64,000 nucleotides of DNA from NCBI RefSeq assembly GCF_009914755.1, contig NC_060940.1. The stretch is one strand, 5' to 3'. A program made the translations under genes and the position numbers. Below are positions 1 to 16,399 of the stretch, in pieces. The stretch comes from the human T2T-CHM13v2.0 reference genome, Homo sapiens. Under the pieces are notes generated by a model. It was given only the letters and a program-made list of their open reading frames with translations. It searched no databases and had not been told where the DNA came from. Numbering within the stretch: the stretch's first letter is position 1; each line of letters opens with the position of its first letter.

Positions 1-496
1 CATTTAGTTCAGCATGAAAATGGTGTCTTGGGAACAGAAAAGCAGATTGTTGAAGAAGTAGTGGATCAATATGTAGGTCAGTAAATGAAGCAGGTCATGG
101 TACTCTGAGGTATTTTTAAGAAGTGGTTATTTTCTCAAGACCCCAATCCTCTGAGTTGATCCAAACCCAGAGCCACTCTCTTTGATGCCAAGAACAATGT
201 TCACACTAATCTTTCTTTGGTAGAATATCATATATCACAGCTGTTATTTTCTAAATAGGCGCAGATCCAACTTTTGCACCAGATTCCTCTGTCCATGGTG
301 CTGAGCCACCAGCCTTTTGGCCAGCAGGCTGATGAACTATAACTTGGTGTTGGCTAGTGGGATCTAATTTAGGGTCACTGTAAACGTGAATATTAAATAT
401 GCATTAAAGTCCTAAGAAATTATATCTGTGCATATGTTAGTTAAAAAATAAAAACTCCAAGATAGAGAATTTTTTAGTAATGCCTGTTATTTCTCA

Positions 497-817
497 TTTT
501 TTTTTCATTTTTTCCTTTTTCTTTTTCTTTTTTTTTTTTTTGAGACAGAGTTTCACTCTGTTGCCCAGGCTGGAGTGCAGTGGCACAGTCTTGGCTCAGT
601 GCAACCTCTGTCTCCTGTGTTCAAGTAATTCTGCCTCAGCCTCCCAAGTAGCTGGGATTACAGGCACATGTCACCACGCCCAACTAATTTTTGTACTTTT
701 GGTAGAGATGAGGTTTCATCATGTTGGCCAGGCTGGTCTCGAACTCCTGACCTCAAGTGATCCGCCCACCTCGGCCTCCCAAACTGCTGGGGTTACAGGC
801 ATGAGCCACCGTGCCAG
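497..817 (-). mobile_element. Alu (AluS-like)
   Basis: T-rich tail then GAGACAGAG...CTGTTGCCCAGGCTGGAGTGCAG...GAGCCACCGTGCC. Confidence 0.95.
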
Positions 818-861
818 GTTATTTCTCGTTTCTTTTTATTTTCTTTTCCTTTCTTTCTCTT

Positions 862-941
862 TTCCTTCCTTCCTTCCTTCCTTCCTTCCTTCCTTCCTTC
901 CTTCCTTCCTTCCTTCCTTCCTTTCTTCCTTCCTTCCTTCC
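862..941. repeat. (TTCC)n microsatellite in the tail of the adjacent Alu
   Basis: direct reading. Confidence 0.95.
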
Positions 942-944
942 CTC

Positions 945-1218
945 CATCACCCAAGCTGGGGTGCAGTGGTGCAGTCTTGACTCACTGCAGCCTCCACATC
1001 TCAGGTTCAAGAGAGTCTCATGCCTCAGCCTCCCGAGTAGCTGGGATTATAGATGTGTATCACCATGCCTGGCTAATTTTTGTATTTTTTTGTTGTTTTA
1101 GTAGAGACAGGGTTTCACCATGTTGGCCAGCTGGTCTCAGACTTCTGGCCTCAAGTGATTCACCCACCTTGGCCTCCGTAAGTGCTTGGATTACAGGTGT
1201 GAGCCACCGTGCCCAGCC
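945..1218 (-). mobile_element. Alu
   Basis: dimeric Alu ending GAGCCACCGTGCCCAGCC. Confidence 0.95.
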
Positions 1219-1544
1219 TTTTCATTTCTTTTATGCCAAATCTGATCTACTTCTTAAAAATTGAAAAGTAGAAATGAGAAGATTGGGTATGTGTGTACTG
1301 GTGTCTACTTCAGACATAGTATTAATATTTTCAAATATGATTCCTTAACTAAGCTACATGCCTCTTTATAAAGCATCATGCCAGGCACTAATGGGATAGG
1401 CAGATACATAAGACATGACCATTTTACTTAAAGTGTTACAGTAAAGTGGAAAAAATTTGAGACAGTGTCTTGCTCTGTCCTCAGATGATATCCTCAGGCA
1501 ATTGATTCCCCTCTATTTTCAGCTCTGTTTTTTCCTGAATCAAC

Positions 1545-1945
1545 CTTATTTTCAGTAGGTTCTCCCCATGTAGTAGCTGCTGGTCTTCTGAAAGAGAGTA
1601 CACTTCCCTGAACCCCCAGTAGTTTCAGCAAATGTCCTGGGGCTGACCCTCATAGGGTTGACTTGGGTCATGTGCCCATCCTGAACCAATCACTGTGACC
1701 AGGGAGAGGGAATTCCTGATTGGTGAGGCCTGGGTCACATGTCCACTCTGGAGCTGCGGTGTGTTGTCAGCTCTTTCTGAGCCGCCTGGTCCAAGAGTTT
1801 GGAAGGGTTTTTTTTTTTTTTTTTTCCTAAAGAAAAATTGAGTGGTCCATTTTTCCTAAAGAAAAATTTTCCTAAAGAAAAATTGCTACTACCAGAAGAA
1901 GGGATAAAGGATGCTATACAGGTAAAACGAAGGGATGTTCACTTT
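1545..1945. mobile_element. Old MaLR LTR fragment (MLT1-like)
   Basis: GGGTCATGTGCCCATCCTGAACCAATCACTGTG...CTGATTGG...GGGTCACATGTCCAC motif typical of MLT1. Confidence 0.6.
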
Positions 1946-2629
1946 CCCTCAAGGCCCTAGTAGAAGAGGTGTCATAAAACCGTACATAATTCCATATGAT
2001 TATATCAGGCAATTAGAGCTGTCAATTCAGATGTTTTGGAAGTGGTCAAAACAAACTTCATGGATGAGACTGAAATTTAGTTAAGCTTGAGGAATGGGCA
2101 GGAATTGATAAGAGGAGTTCTAGAGGTGGGCAGGACTAGAGTACATTCAATGGACCAGGGTGAACTGAGTGGGTAGTTGGTGAAGGGAGAGAGGTTGCAA
2201 ATGCCAGAACTTTGATTACCTTGATAGGATAACCTTGGCCAAGAGAGTTGCAAGCAAACCTTTTGACAAAATTTGCTTGAGCCAGCCTGTGGTCTAATCC
2301 TTATTCTTGTCTGTGATGCATGGATAGCCCTTTGGGTTCTAGCTGGCCTTTGTCTCTGGAGTTCTGGGAACACCTCTTACTGACCTCATTGCCTACTTTG
2401 TGATGAGGCTTCTAGTTATTGGAAAAGTCTAATGTCCATGTATGCCCTCCTGTGACCAATCCGGTTCACCCCTTGTAGTTGATTGTGCCAAGTCATTTTA
2501 GCCTGGGACACAGAAAATATGCTGCAGGCCTTTCCCTATTTTCAGAGTAAAGCCTTGGGAGAGCTTGCTGCAACACTGTCAAACAGAAGAAAAATCCCTC
2601 TTAATCAGAAGAGCAAATGCAGCTGTTTT

Positions 2630-3333
2630 CAATGGCAAAGTCATGGAACCAACCTAAGTGTTTGCCAGTGGTTGACAGGCAGAAAATGTGGTGGGCTGGA
2701 CACGGTGGCCCATGCCTGCAATCCCAACACTTTGAGAGGCTGAGTCAGGAGGATTGCTTGAGGCCAATACCATCCTGGGCAACATAATGATAAAAATAAA
2801 AATAAAAAATTAGCCAGGTGTGGTGGCATGCACCTGTAGTCCCACCTACTAGGGAGGCTGAGGTGGGAGGAGCACTTGAACCCAGGAAGTGGAGGCTGCA
2901 GTGAGCTGTGATGGTGCTATGATGGCTGGTGGAGTGGGACCCTGTCTCAAAAAAGAAAAAAAAAATGTGGCAGGTCTATAACATGGAATATTACATAGCC
3001 ATAAAAAGGATGAAATCACGTCCTTTGCAGCAACATGGATGGAGCTGGAGGCAATTATCCTAGGTGAACTAAACAGAAAATCAAATACTGCATGTTCTCA
3101 CTTATAAGTGGGATCTAAACAAAGGTTACACATGGACATAAACATGGAGAGAATAGATTTTGGGGATTCCTAATATGGGGAGGGTGGGATGGGGGTGAAG
3201 GTTGAAAAATTACCTATTGGGTACAATGTCTGGTATTTAGGTGATAGGTCCACTAGAAGCCCAACCCACACCATTATGCATGTAATACCCTTGTAACAAA
3301 CATGCACATGTACCCCCAAATCTAAAAAAAAAA
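2630..3333 (+). mobile_element. L1 3' end (L1PB/L1MA-like), split by an Alu
   Basis: ORF2 C-terminal sequence (CAACATGGATGGAGCTGGAGG...TTCTCACTTATAAGTGGGA), 3'UTR and A tail; AAAATGTGG repeat flanks the Alu. Confidence 0.9.
2694..2965 (+). mobile_element. Alu (AluJ-like) nested in L1
   Basis: Alu body with A tail; TSD AAAATGTGG. Confidence 0.93.
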
Positions 3334-3539
3334 TCAAGTGAAGCACAAGCAAGGAACAGCTGCAAGGAAATCAAAGTTCCTTATGTGCAAGCCACACTTT
3401 TATTGGGTGCTCCCACTTTGCCTCTGTGAGTCCCTAGAGAGGTCCAGTGTTCCTCTTGGGGGATTCACCCAATTAACCATGTGCGTGTAGACAAGGGAAT
3501 TTCCCTGGAGGCAGGGAAGTCCAGGTTGCTACTTGTCTA

Positions 3540-3790
3540 ATAGCTAAAATGTATTGAATTTTTATTATGAGCCAGGTATGATTTTGACTATTTTATATGC
3601 AATAACTAATTTCGTTCTCATGCCAACACTGGGAGGTGGATGCTATCAATATTCCCATTTACTAACAAGAAAATTAAAGCAAAGGGAAGTAACATGCCCG
3701 AGTTCTTCTAGCTGCTGAGTAGAGGATCCTGGATTCAAATTCACGTGACCTGACTCCAGAGTTTGTGCTTTTAACCATTACTTTATGCTG
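3540..3790. mobile_element. MIR
   Basis: CCCATTTACTAACAAGAAAATTAAAGC...GGATTCAAATTC...TGACTCCAGAG, degenerate MIR core. Confidence 0.7.
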
Positions 3791-4375
3791 CATCTAACCC
3801 TGTTATTTTAACTTACAATGACTGAAAAAGAAGGCAAATAAGCTCATTTAATTATCAGAAAGGACTTAATGCTCATCATTGCTAGTCAGGAATAGATTGA
3901 GAATGTAGAGGCTGCTGCCAGCATCTCTTTGTTCTGTGCATTACCTGTCAGGCTGAGTTTGCCTTTTGTAGACACAAGGAAATTCCCTTTATCTTGATTT
4001 CCATCCCTCTATTATTTTCTAACAAGGGCTCCAGCCTTTATCTGCACCTGCTCCTTTTTATCTGTCTTGATAAGACCCATTTTCCCCGAGTTCTCGCATT
4101 TTTCAGAGCAGGGTACCCAAAGACCATGAAACCTCTATGGCTAATATTGGTCAACTCTCATAGGATAACTTTCATGTATTATACTAATTATCTTCTTCCC
4201 GCTAGGAAAGAAGTTGAAGAGGAGGAACAATGGAAATGAAGGGGTTAGGGGATAGGATCTTGCCCCAATAGGATGGGATAAAGGGGCTGTGTGATTAGGT
4301 AGAGCCATGGGTTCTATACTTCAAGACCAGAATCTCAGGCTGGGATTCTATGAGTATTTCCTATAAGAAATGCTA

Positions 4376-4863
<488 letters not shown>

Positions 4864-5124
4864 TCAGCACATGAGTTCGTATGGGAGGTTGAGTATCATT
4901 CGTGAAATCCATATCCTGATGTTGGAATCCCCGATTTTTTTCTCTTATGAACACTGTCAGATGGTGCCAGGCTGTCCCTCCAGCCATCTGGTTTGGTTTG
5001 GGGGTCAGAGGTCTGGCAGTGTCTTCATGTATGTGGCTGATTCTGTGCATGTCTTGGGAGTTTGGGTAGGTGTAAGCAAGTAGGCAATTAACTACCCAAA
5101 TCAGGAGGTCTGAGAATGGGCTAG

Positions 5125-5540
5125 TGGACAGAGCAGGAGCATTGCTATCTTGGACAAACCCCACCATTTTAAGTTCCCCTTGATTAAAAAAAACCTGCCT
5201 AAATCCAGCCCCCAAACATCAGCCTAATGGCTAATGTTAGCATAACCAGAAACATTCCAACCCTAAGATAAACGCCACTCCAACCAGAAACATGCCGACC
5301 CCAAGATAGCTTCACCTCCAACCAGAGACTTTCCAACCCCATGATAAACTTTCCCTCACATCGAAACATTGCGAACCTACGATAAGCTCCCCACTTCCTA
5401 TATCCTTAAACATCCTTAGTCTGTAAGAGAGAGTGCCCCCGATCAAAATTGGTCAGAAACCCCTCAGGTTTATTCTCCAAAAGAAACTGACTTTGAATGT
5501 TAAGCTGCTTTTCATGTTTCTTTGCTCTTTAACTCTTACA
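5125..5540 (+). mobile_element. ERV1 solo LTR (LTR19-like)
   Basis: TG...CA termini, exact 4-bp TSD CTAG (5121-5124 / 5541-5544); start resembles recalled LTR19 consensus (ACAGAGCAGGAGCAT...ATCTTGGACAA). Confidence 0.8.
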
Positions 5541-5649
5541 CTAGTGGGTCATTTCCCAAGTGTGATGCTATCTACACTAGTTTACCATGGTTGCTGAGAA
5601 GATAAAATATATGCCTGGACCTGTTGTTAGTCTACTAGGTTGCTGTAAG

Positions 5650-5852
5650 GAGAGTCTTCCAAGAATGAGGCAAGATAAAAAAGCAGAGGGTGCCACAGAG
5701 TTTGAAGTCATTATTTGAGCTCCTAGATGCAACTGCACCTGAAACTAGACCCCTGTCTCTAGGTTTTTGAGCCAATATATTCCTTTGTTTTGCTTAAGCC
5801 ACTTTGAATTCAATTTCTGTCACTTGCAACCCACACAGTTCTGACTGATATA
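5650..5852. mobile_element. MLT1 LTR fragment
   Basis: GAGCCAATATATTCCTTT...TTTCTGTCACTTGCAAC...CTGACTGATATACA end typical of MLT1. Confidence 0.65.
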
Positions 5853-6566
5853 CAAAATAAACATATTACATGTTATCTTCTGTGACTCAGAAATTATTAT
5901 CCATTTTTACAGATGAGGAGTTGGAGTTTTAAAGGTGCAGGTAACTTGCAGTGAAAAGCTAAGGTCTGGCACAAGGTTGATCTTGAATCTGAAGAAGAAA
6001 TGGTTCAAAGTCTCCTTTAGAGATGCTACCTTCCTGCTGCTCGCTTCCAGAATTTAGTCAGGGAATTATTGGGCTGACTTGAGTTGTTGTGTATACAGTC
6101 TGTGAACTTGCAGTTTATGGTATTTTATAATTTTGTTTTCCCTGCCGTTCTGCTAATGCAGCTTTGTGAGCAAACATTGCCTGTGATTTAAATCCACCAC
6201 CGTAATGAAACGCACACACACACATGCACACACACTTCCTTGGAACAGTCCACAGCTCTCTGATTAATCACATGTGTACAGTACAGTGTTTACAGGAAAT
6301 CAGCAGGTGGCAATTAGCATCTTGGAAATTATCTGGGAAACACAACTGGAGCTGCCACTTCAGGATGGAAATGTGGCAACAACCGGCAAAGTGACAAACC
6401 CCTTGGAGTTGGAAATGAATGGGGCTGAAAGCAGCGCTGCCAGGCACACAACAGCTGGTGGGGGCAGCCCGGTGTGGACTGCAGACTGCCTGCTAGCTTC
6501 TTCCTTTTCTTCCCAACGCGTAAGAAGCAATCCTTGAGTAGAGACATGTAATAGATGCTCAGACCT

Positions 6567-6896
<330 letters not shown>

Positions 6897-7416
6897 TTAT
6901 TCAGTATGTATCACAGTATCTGCCACATAATTCTCAATAAATAGTAGGTATTTTCAATTATTATTTAGATCAAGGCACAGGCAGACACTGGCATTACTGT
7001 AACACTTGTTAAAATATTAAGCTATTTCCATATCAGTTGGAAAACAGCTGCTTTCTTGAACCCTCTGAGTGGCTCCCCACTGCTGCCCTCCCTTGGGAGC
7101 CACACTCTTCCGGATCCAGTGATCAAAACGTTAACGTCTCAGTCCTGCTCCAGCGATAAGTCCAGTGTCCATTCTGATTGGTCAGTTTCTGTGCTGTCAG
7201 GACTCTTACTGCTCAGGAGTTTCAGTGACCACAAGAGAAAGCAGCAACACGAGGATGGATGTACTGAAAGGAGTGAGGAGAGGAAACAGTGCCAGTCTGT
7301 TTTATACATGAGATGTTCTTCATCAATAATTGAAAACAAATTCAATGCTAGTTGGTATGGTTTGGCTCTGTGTCCCCACCCAAATCTCATCTCAAATTGC
7401 AATCCCCACATGTTGA

Positions 7417-7788
<372 letters not shown>

Positions 7789-7823
7789 TGAGTTCTCATG
7801 AGATCTGATGGTTTAAAAGTGTA

Positions 7824-8133
7824 GGCTGGGTTCGGTGGCTCATGCTTGTAATCCCAGCACTTTGCGGGGCTGAGGCAGGCAGATCACTTGAGATCAGGAG
7901 TTCGAGTCCAGCCTGGCCAACATGGCAAAACCCTGTGTCTACTAAAAATACAAAAATTAATTGGGTGTGGTGGTGCACACCTATAATCCCAGCTACTTGG
8001 GAGGCTGAGGCACAAGAATCACTTGAACCTGGGAGGCGGAGATTACAGTGAGCCAAGATCACACCACTGCGTGCCAACCTGGGTGACACAGCAAGACCCT
8101 GTCTCAAAAAAAAAAAAAAAAGAAAAAAAAAAA
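7824..8133 (+). mobile_element. Alu (AluS) in MSTA
   Basis: TSD AAAAGTGT. Confidence 0.95.
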
Positions 8134-8459
8134 GTGTGGCACTTCCCTCCTAGCTCTCTCTCTCTCCTGCCACCACGTATGATGTGCCTTGCTTCCCCTT
8201 CTCCTTCCACCATTATTGTAAGTTTCCTGAGGCTTCTCCAGCCATGTGGAACCATGAATCAGTTAAACCTCTTTTCTTTATAAATGATGTAGTCTCAGTT
8301 AGTTCCTTATAGCAGTGTGAAATGGACTAATACACTAGGTGTATGTATATCTTTACTTATGTCTACATATATTGATATCACTATCAACATCTATATCTAT
8401 ATCGTCTTCTGTAAATGAAGTGGCAGTAAAGCCCTGAATTCCAGTCTCTCTAACATTCA

Positions 8460-8640
8460 CATTGGTTCTCAGCCCTGGTTGCACATCAGTGTCACCTCTG
8501 AGAGCACTTACAAAATACGGATGCTTGGACACCATCCACAGAGATTCTAATCCAGTAGACTTGGGATGAAGCCCAATCATCAGAATTTTTAAAAAAATAA
8601 AATCTCCCAAGATGATATTAGCATGCCATTGAGAGCCACT
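8460..8640. mobile_element. MER5A (hAT-Charlie)
   Basis: TGGTTCTCA...GCACATCAGTGTCACCT...CAGAGATTCTAAT...TTGAGAGCCACT terminal inverted ends. Confidence 0.75.
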
Positions 8641-8791
8641 AACTTAAATTTACTAAGCTTCATGTTCCCATGTAATCAGTACAAACACCCATCTCCCAGG
8701 ATTACATAACACAATGTACATGAGGCTTTTTATCACAATGTGGGACCTAACCCTGTAAATGTTAGTTCCATTAATAATTAATATTCATTAC

Positions 8792-9084
8792 TTTTTTCTT
8801 TTGAGATGGAGTCTCGCTCTGTCGCCCAGACTGGAGTGCAGTGGCACGATCTCGGCTCACTACAACCTCCACCTCCTGGGTTCAAGTGATTCTTCTGCCT
8901 CAGCCTCCTGAGTAGCTGGGATTACAGGCACCTGCCAACACGCCCGACTAATTTTTGTATTTTTAGTAGAGATGGGGTTTCACCATGTTGGCCAGGCTAG
9001 TCTCCAACTCCTGACCTCAGGTGATCCACCTGCCTCAGCTTCCCAAAGTGTTGGGATTACAGGTGTGAGCCACCGTGCCCGGCC
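8792..9084 (-). mobile_element. Alu (AluS)
   Basis: full-length antisense Alu. Confidence 0.95.
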
Positions 9085-9159
9085 TTTAAATTTTTTTATT
9101 GGAAAAAATTTTTTGCCCATGACACAGCCCTCAGGAAACCCTGAGAACATGTGCCCTAA

Positions 9160-9380
9160 TTCATTTTTTTATATGAAGTAGAGGTGAAAATTCTTTTATA
9201 TTTTTTCTATATGGATATCGAATGGTTCCAGCATCATTTTGTTAAAAAATTCTCTTTCTCCATTGCATTGACCTGGTACCTTTGTGAAAAATAAGTGGAT
9301 TGAATATGTATGGGTCTATTCCTGTATTCTATTCTGTTCCATTGATCGGTTTGTCTATCCTTACGTTGAGTCCTTGTCTT
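9160..9380 (-). mobile_element. L1M ORF2 fragment
   Basis: ATATGGATATC...TTCCAGCATCATTT...CTATTCTGTTCCATTGATC antisense L1 pattern. Confidence 0.75.
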
Positions 9381-9939
9381 TTAATTGGAGATTATTGATG
9401 CAGTTTGTTGACTCCTTCTGTATATCCTAATTTCTCTAATCAGGCCAAATCTTTCTCAGTAACAGCAAGGGATAAAGAAAGCAAAGAAGGCAGTGAGCCG
9501 AGTGCTGCTAAGCCAATTCAAAAAGCCGTCAGAGGAATGAGCCCTGCTTTGACTTGTGCAGGTGTTTCTTTCCACTGATCAATGGTTATCAGGTCAAAAA
9601 GCAAGGCAACACGATTAAATAATCAACATTTTCTACCTAAGTTATGACCATGCCAGTGAAAGGCAAAGTAGGGCTGCAGTAGCCAAGAATGTCCCGAGCT
9701 CCCAGCTGCAGCCCAATCCCTTGAATTTACACCCTAAGCCCATCACTCACTCTTAAACTCAGTCCACTGTTCAAAAGCCTCCAGAACAACCTCCCAGAAC
9801 TTCTGCCGAGGTAGAACTGGTTGGCGCATATGCTGTTCTGACTGTAATTACTGTTTGCTCTGTTCACTTCATTTGTATGACTTTTCTAATATCATAATGA
9901 TCATATCATTATCAAGAAGAGGAGACCCTTTGTAGTAAT

Positions 9940-10110
9940 TTGCTATAACAAAGTCCTACAAACTGGGTGGCTTAAACAATATAAATGTATTTTTTCACAA
10001 TTCGGGAGGCTAGAAGCCTGAGATCGAGGTATTGGCAGGGCTGATTCTGAGGTCTCCTTGACTTGTAGATGGCCGTCTCCTCCCTGGGTCTTTATCTGGG
10101 CTTTTCCTTG
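9940..10110. mobile_element. MLT1 LTR fragment
   Basis: GCTATAACAAA...ACTGGGTGGCTTAAACAA...GAGGCTAGAAG...GAGATCGAGGT. Confidence 0.75.
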
Positions 10111-10242
10111 GACATGTCTGTGGTTAAAGTGATGAAAACTCATGGCTTGTTATCTTGGATTTGTTGCTTAAAATTTGTGTGATGTTGAGCAAGTCGTCTA
10201 CACTCTTTGCACTTCAGTTGTACCAAAGTGGGTGGAAGGTTC

Positions 10243-10493
<251 letters not shown>

Positions 10494-10496
10494 TAT

Positions 10497-10835
<339 letters not shown>

Positions 10836-10980
10836 TAATGAGACTAAATGCAAGTTCTACAAGTTTCCAAAGTCTCAGTTCTCTCATCTGCAAAAAGGGC
10901 TAACAATGCCCACACAGCTCACCTCACAGGCATTTGCAGAGCATCACGTGAACAAGTTGGTGAATATTTTAGATCTTTAA

Positions 10981-11440
10981 ACAGTTTTGCCTTTTCCAGG
11001 AGGTCATATAGTTGGAATCATACAGTATGCAGCCTTTTCAGATTTTCAGGCAAAACCATGGAGACAACAAAAAGGTTAGTGATTGCCAGGGTTTAGGGGT
11101 GGGTGGGTAGGGATGAATAGGCGGAACACAGAGGGTTTTAGGGCAGTGAAAATACTCTGTGTGATACTGTAATGGTGGATACATGGCATTATACATTTGT
11201 CCAGACCCACGGAATATGCAATGTCAAGTGTGAACCCTAATGTAAATTAGGGACTTTGGTGATAATGACGCATCAGTACTGGTAGGTGCCTCAGTTGCAA
11301 CAACTGTACCACTCTGGTGGGGGATGTCGATCATGGGGGAGGCTGTGCATGTGTAGGGAAGGGGGTGAATGGGAATTCTCTCTGCCTTCCTCACAATGTT
11401 GCTATGACCCTAAAACTGTTTTTAAAAAAATCTTAAAAAA
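10981..11440 (+). mobile_element. L1MC-like 3' end with 5' inverted segment
   Basis: 11048-11440 is sense L1MC 3' region; 10981-11044 is the reverse complement of the immediately upstream L1 sequence. Confidence 0.8.
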
Positions 11441-11451
11441 ATAAAAAATAA

Positions 11452-12881
<1,430 letters not shown>

Positions 12882-12929
12882 TAAAATATTAGATCTACAC
12901 AAGAATTTACAAAAGATTCCTTAGAGTCA

Positions 12930-13730
<801 letters not shown>

Positions 13731-13799
13731 GCTACAACACAGCTCTGCTTATGAAAGATGCTGACCTTTATGAGAATGTGATAAAATGAATTGGCATCT

Positions 13800-14195
13800 T
13801 TTACTACCTCATGCATAATTCTGGGATTTGGCAATTAGGGGTGGGCTCAGGTGGTTGGCTTTTCTGTTCTAGACCAGGCTTAGCTGATCTTAACTGGGCA
13901 TGCTCAAGCTTCTAAGGTCAGCTGAGGCACCTCAGTTTTCCTCCACGTGGCCTCTCATTCTATAGCAGGCTGGCTTGGGCTCATTCACATGGTGGCCTCA
14001 GGCTTCCAAGCACAGCAAGGGAGGCAATTCCAATGTACAAGCCCCCGTTTGCATTATATTTCCCATTCTCTCCTTGGCCTAAGCAAGGCCCATGACTAAC
14101 CCAGATTCATGGAGGTAGGAGCTGCTAAGTAACATTGCAAACAGGAGTGCATACAAAGATGAGAAGAATTAGGGGGTATTTTTGCAACCCACCAT
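13800..14195. mobile_element. MLT1 LTR (old)
   Basis: CTCCACGTGGCCTCTCAT...GGGCTCATTCACATGGTGG...CCCAGATTCA. Confidence 0.6.
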
Positions 14196-14414
14196 GATAA
14201 GTATGATTCAGTTGCCCTTGGAAAAATAGAATAAAATCCCACCAAGAACATATTCAGTTGCCTGTTTCTTTGCTGTATTATGCACTGTGTATTATTACAT
14301 TTAACAAAACTTCACTAATCAGATAGATGAAAAATAGTGTCTTATTTGCTCAGAGAACTTGAAAGACATCAGTGTAGCTGGTAAGAAGTAGAGCTTGACC
14401 TCAAAATGCAGGTT

Positions 14415-15060
14415 CTTGCTTATACACTGTTGTTGGGAATGTAAACTAGTTCAGCCACTGTAGAAAGTAGCTTGGAGATTTCTCAAAGAACTTAAAACAG
14501 AACTACCATTTGACTCAGCAATCCATTACTGGGTATATATCCAAAAGAAAATAAATAATTCTACCAAAAAGGCACATGGACTGAAATGTTGATTGCAGCG
14601 CTATCCACAATAGCAAAGACATGGAATCAACCTAGGTGCCCATCAGTGGTGGATTGGATAAATAAGTTATGGTGTATATACACCATGGAATACTACACAG
14701 CCATAAAAAAATAACCCAATCATTTCGTTTGCGGCAACATGGATACTGCTGGAGGCCATTATCCTAAGCGAATTAATGCAGGAATAGAAAACCAAAGACT
14801 ACATATTCTCACCTATAAGTGGAAGCTAAACGTTGGGTACTCATGGACATGAAGATGAGAACAACAGACACTGGGGGTACTATAGTGGGGAGGAAGAGAT
14901 GAGGGGAGGGGTTGAAAAACTAGCTATTGAGTACTATGCTCACTACCTGGGTGATGGGATCAAGCATACCCCAACCCTCAGCATCATGCAATGTACTCAT
15001 GTAACAAGGCTGCAAATGTAGCCCCTGAAACTAAAATAAAAGGTGAAATTATTTTAAAAA
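14415..15060 (+). mobile_element. L1PB-like 3' end
   Basis: ORF2 C-terminus and 3'UTR to CCCCTGAAACTAAAATAAAA. Confidence 0.9.
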
Positions 15061-15114
15061 TATTGCAAATTCTCACTTGGCTTGCCATGCTTTCTCACTG
15101 TAGGCAGGGCATCA

Positions 15115-15430
15115 AGACCTGTCCTTGACTCCAGGCTGCGTCCTGTGACTTGCTTCGGCCAATATGGTATTCACAGATGTGATGCAAGCAGAAGCTTGAA
15201 ATAGGCTTGCGCGCTGGCGCTTGCTGTCTCTTGTCCCTCTGCCATCACCATGAGAACATGCCCAGACTAGTGTGCTGGAGCATGAGAGACATGAGGAGAG
15301 CTGAAGCAGCCCAGCCACCCTGCAGAGGCCAGTCCAGGTGCCTGGATAGCCAGCTGACACCTGGACACGAGAGCAAGCCAGCCAGGATCAGCAGAGCCAC
15401 CTGGCTGACCATCAGCTGCCCCAAGATCTG
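15115..15430. mobile_element. MLT1 (F/G/H-like) LTR fragment
   Basis: GTGACTTGCTTCGGCCAAT...GTGATGCAAGCAGAAGCTTG...CACCATGAGAACATGCCC. Confidence 0.7.
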
Positions 15431-16399
15431 TGCATTGATTGCTTTCATCTCACTGGTCTCCCCAGAGGACCTGTGAGTTTAGAGCAGAGAAATGGCATCC
15501 CACAACTCTAGATGATGGAGGAGCCTAATTCAATCCCAGCATCCTCAGGCCCTGGGGACTCCCTGTTGTTGTGCTTGGACCTATGAATTTGGACACGCTC
15601 CTGGGACATCCTTTATAAAACTATTAACCCTTTCCTGATCTCCTGTAGTTTCCTTAGCTGGAGTGTTCTGATGGTGCAGAGGCTGTTGGGCTGGGTTAGA
15701 AAAATCTTAATAATTATCAACACTCTGGCCAGAGTCAGACCCCGACATCTGATGGAAAGGGTCACGAATGGCAGAAAAGGAAGCTGGCTGAATTTGCCCA
15801 GAGCCTGCCTGAGATGATGGATGAGCGGCCCGGCAGGCCAGGAAGGATGGAGATGTTTCTATTTCTTAAGGCAGGGCATTTTCTCCCAGGGCACAGGATG
15901 AGTGGAAACAGGGTCAGAACAAATCACTTTACATTTTTTTTCTCTCTCTCTATTTTTTTTTCCTTCTGATGAGAAATAACTCCTACTCCCAAGGCATGAT
16001 AGACTAGTAAAACTGCATCAAAGCTACATTTATGCTCTGAACATTTTTTTCCATGAATTTTAATCTTCTTGTGGGACTGTAACCTCTCTGAGAATCTGAT
16101 GAAAGACATGGACCCATTCCCCAGAAAAATACTCATAAACACAAATTTTTACTTAAAATGTTAGGGGATTTACAGTTTCTCTGAAACCCACTCATGGAAC
16201 CTAGATTAGGAGATTCTAAGAGAAGAAAAGAGGAAGGGAGGGAGGGGGAGACAGTGGTGAGGAGGGAGTTGGAAAAAATGGGGAGAGTTTTGAAACAAAC
16301 GTGTTGAGAAGTTTGAACCACAGATCCTCTGTCCCCTCTTCACTCTGTACTAGTTCAAGAACCTATACTTTTCCTACAAATCACTTCTCTTAGTCAATG

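Noticed and set aside
1-84. Protein-like open frame HLVQHENGVLGTEKQIVEEVVDQYVGQ*
   Set aside because: Short, no recognisable homology, and purine-rich in a way consistent with decayed L2.
480-1264. 166-aa and overlapping ORFs, and the many similar [14 protein letters not shown] ORFs throughout the window
   Set aside because: Translations of antisense Alu and (TTCC)n repeats, not genes.
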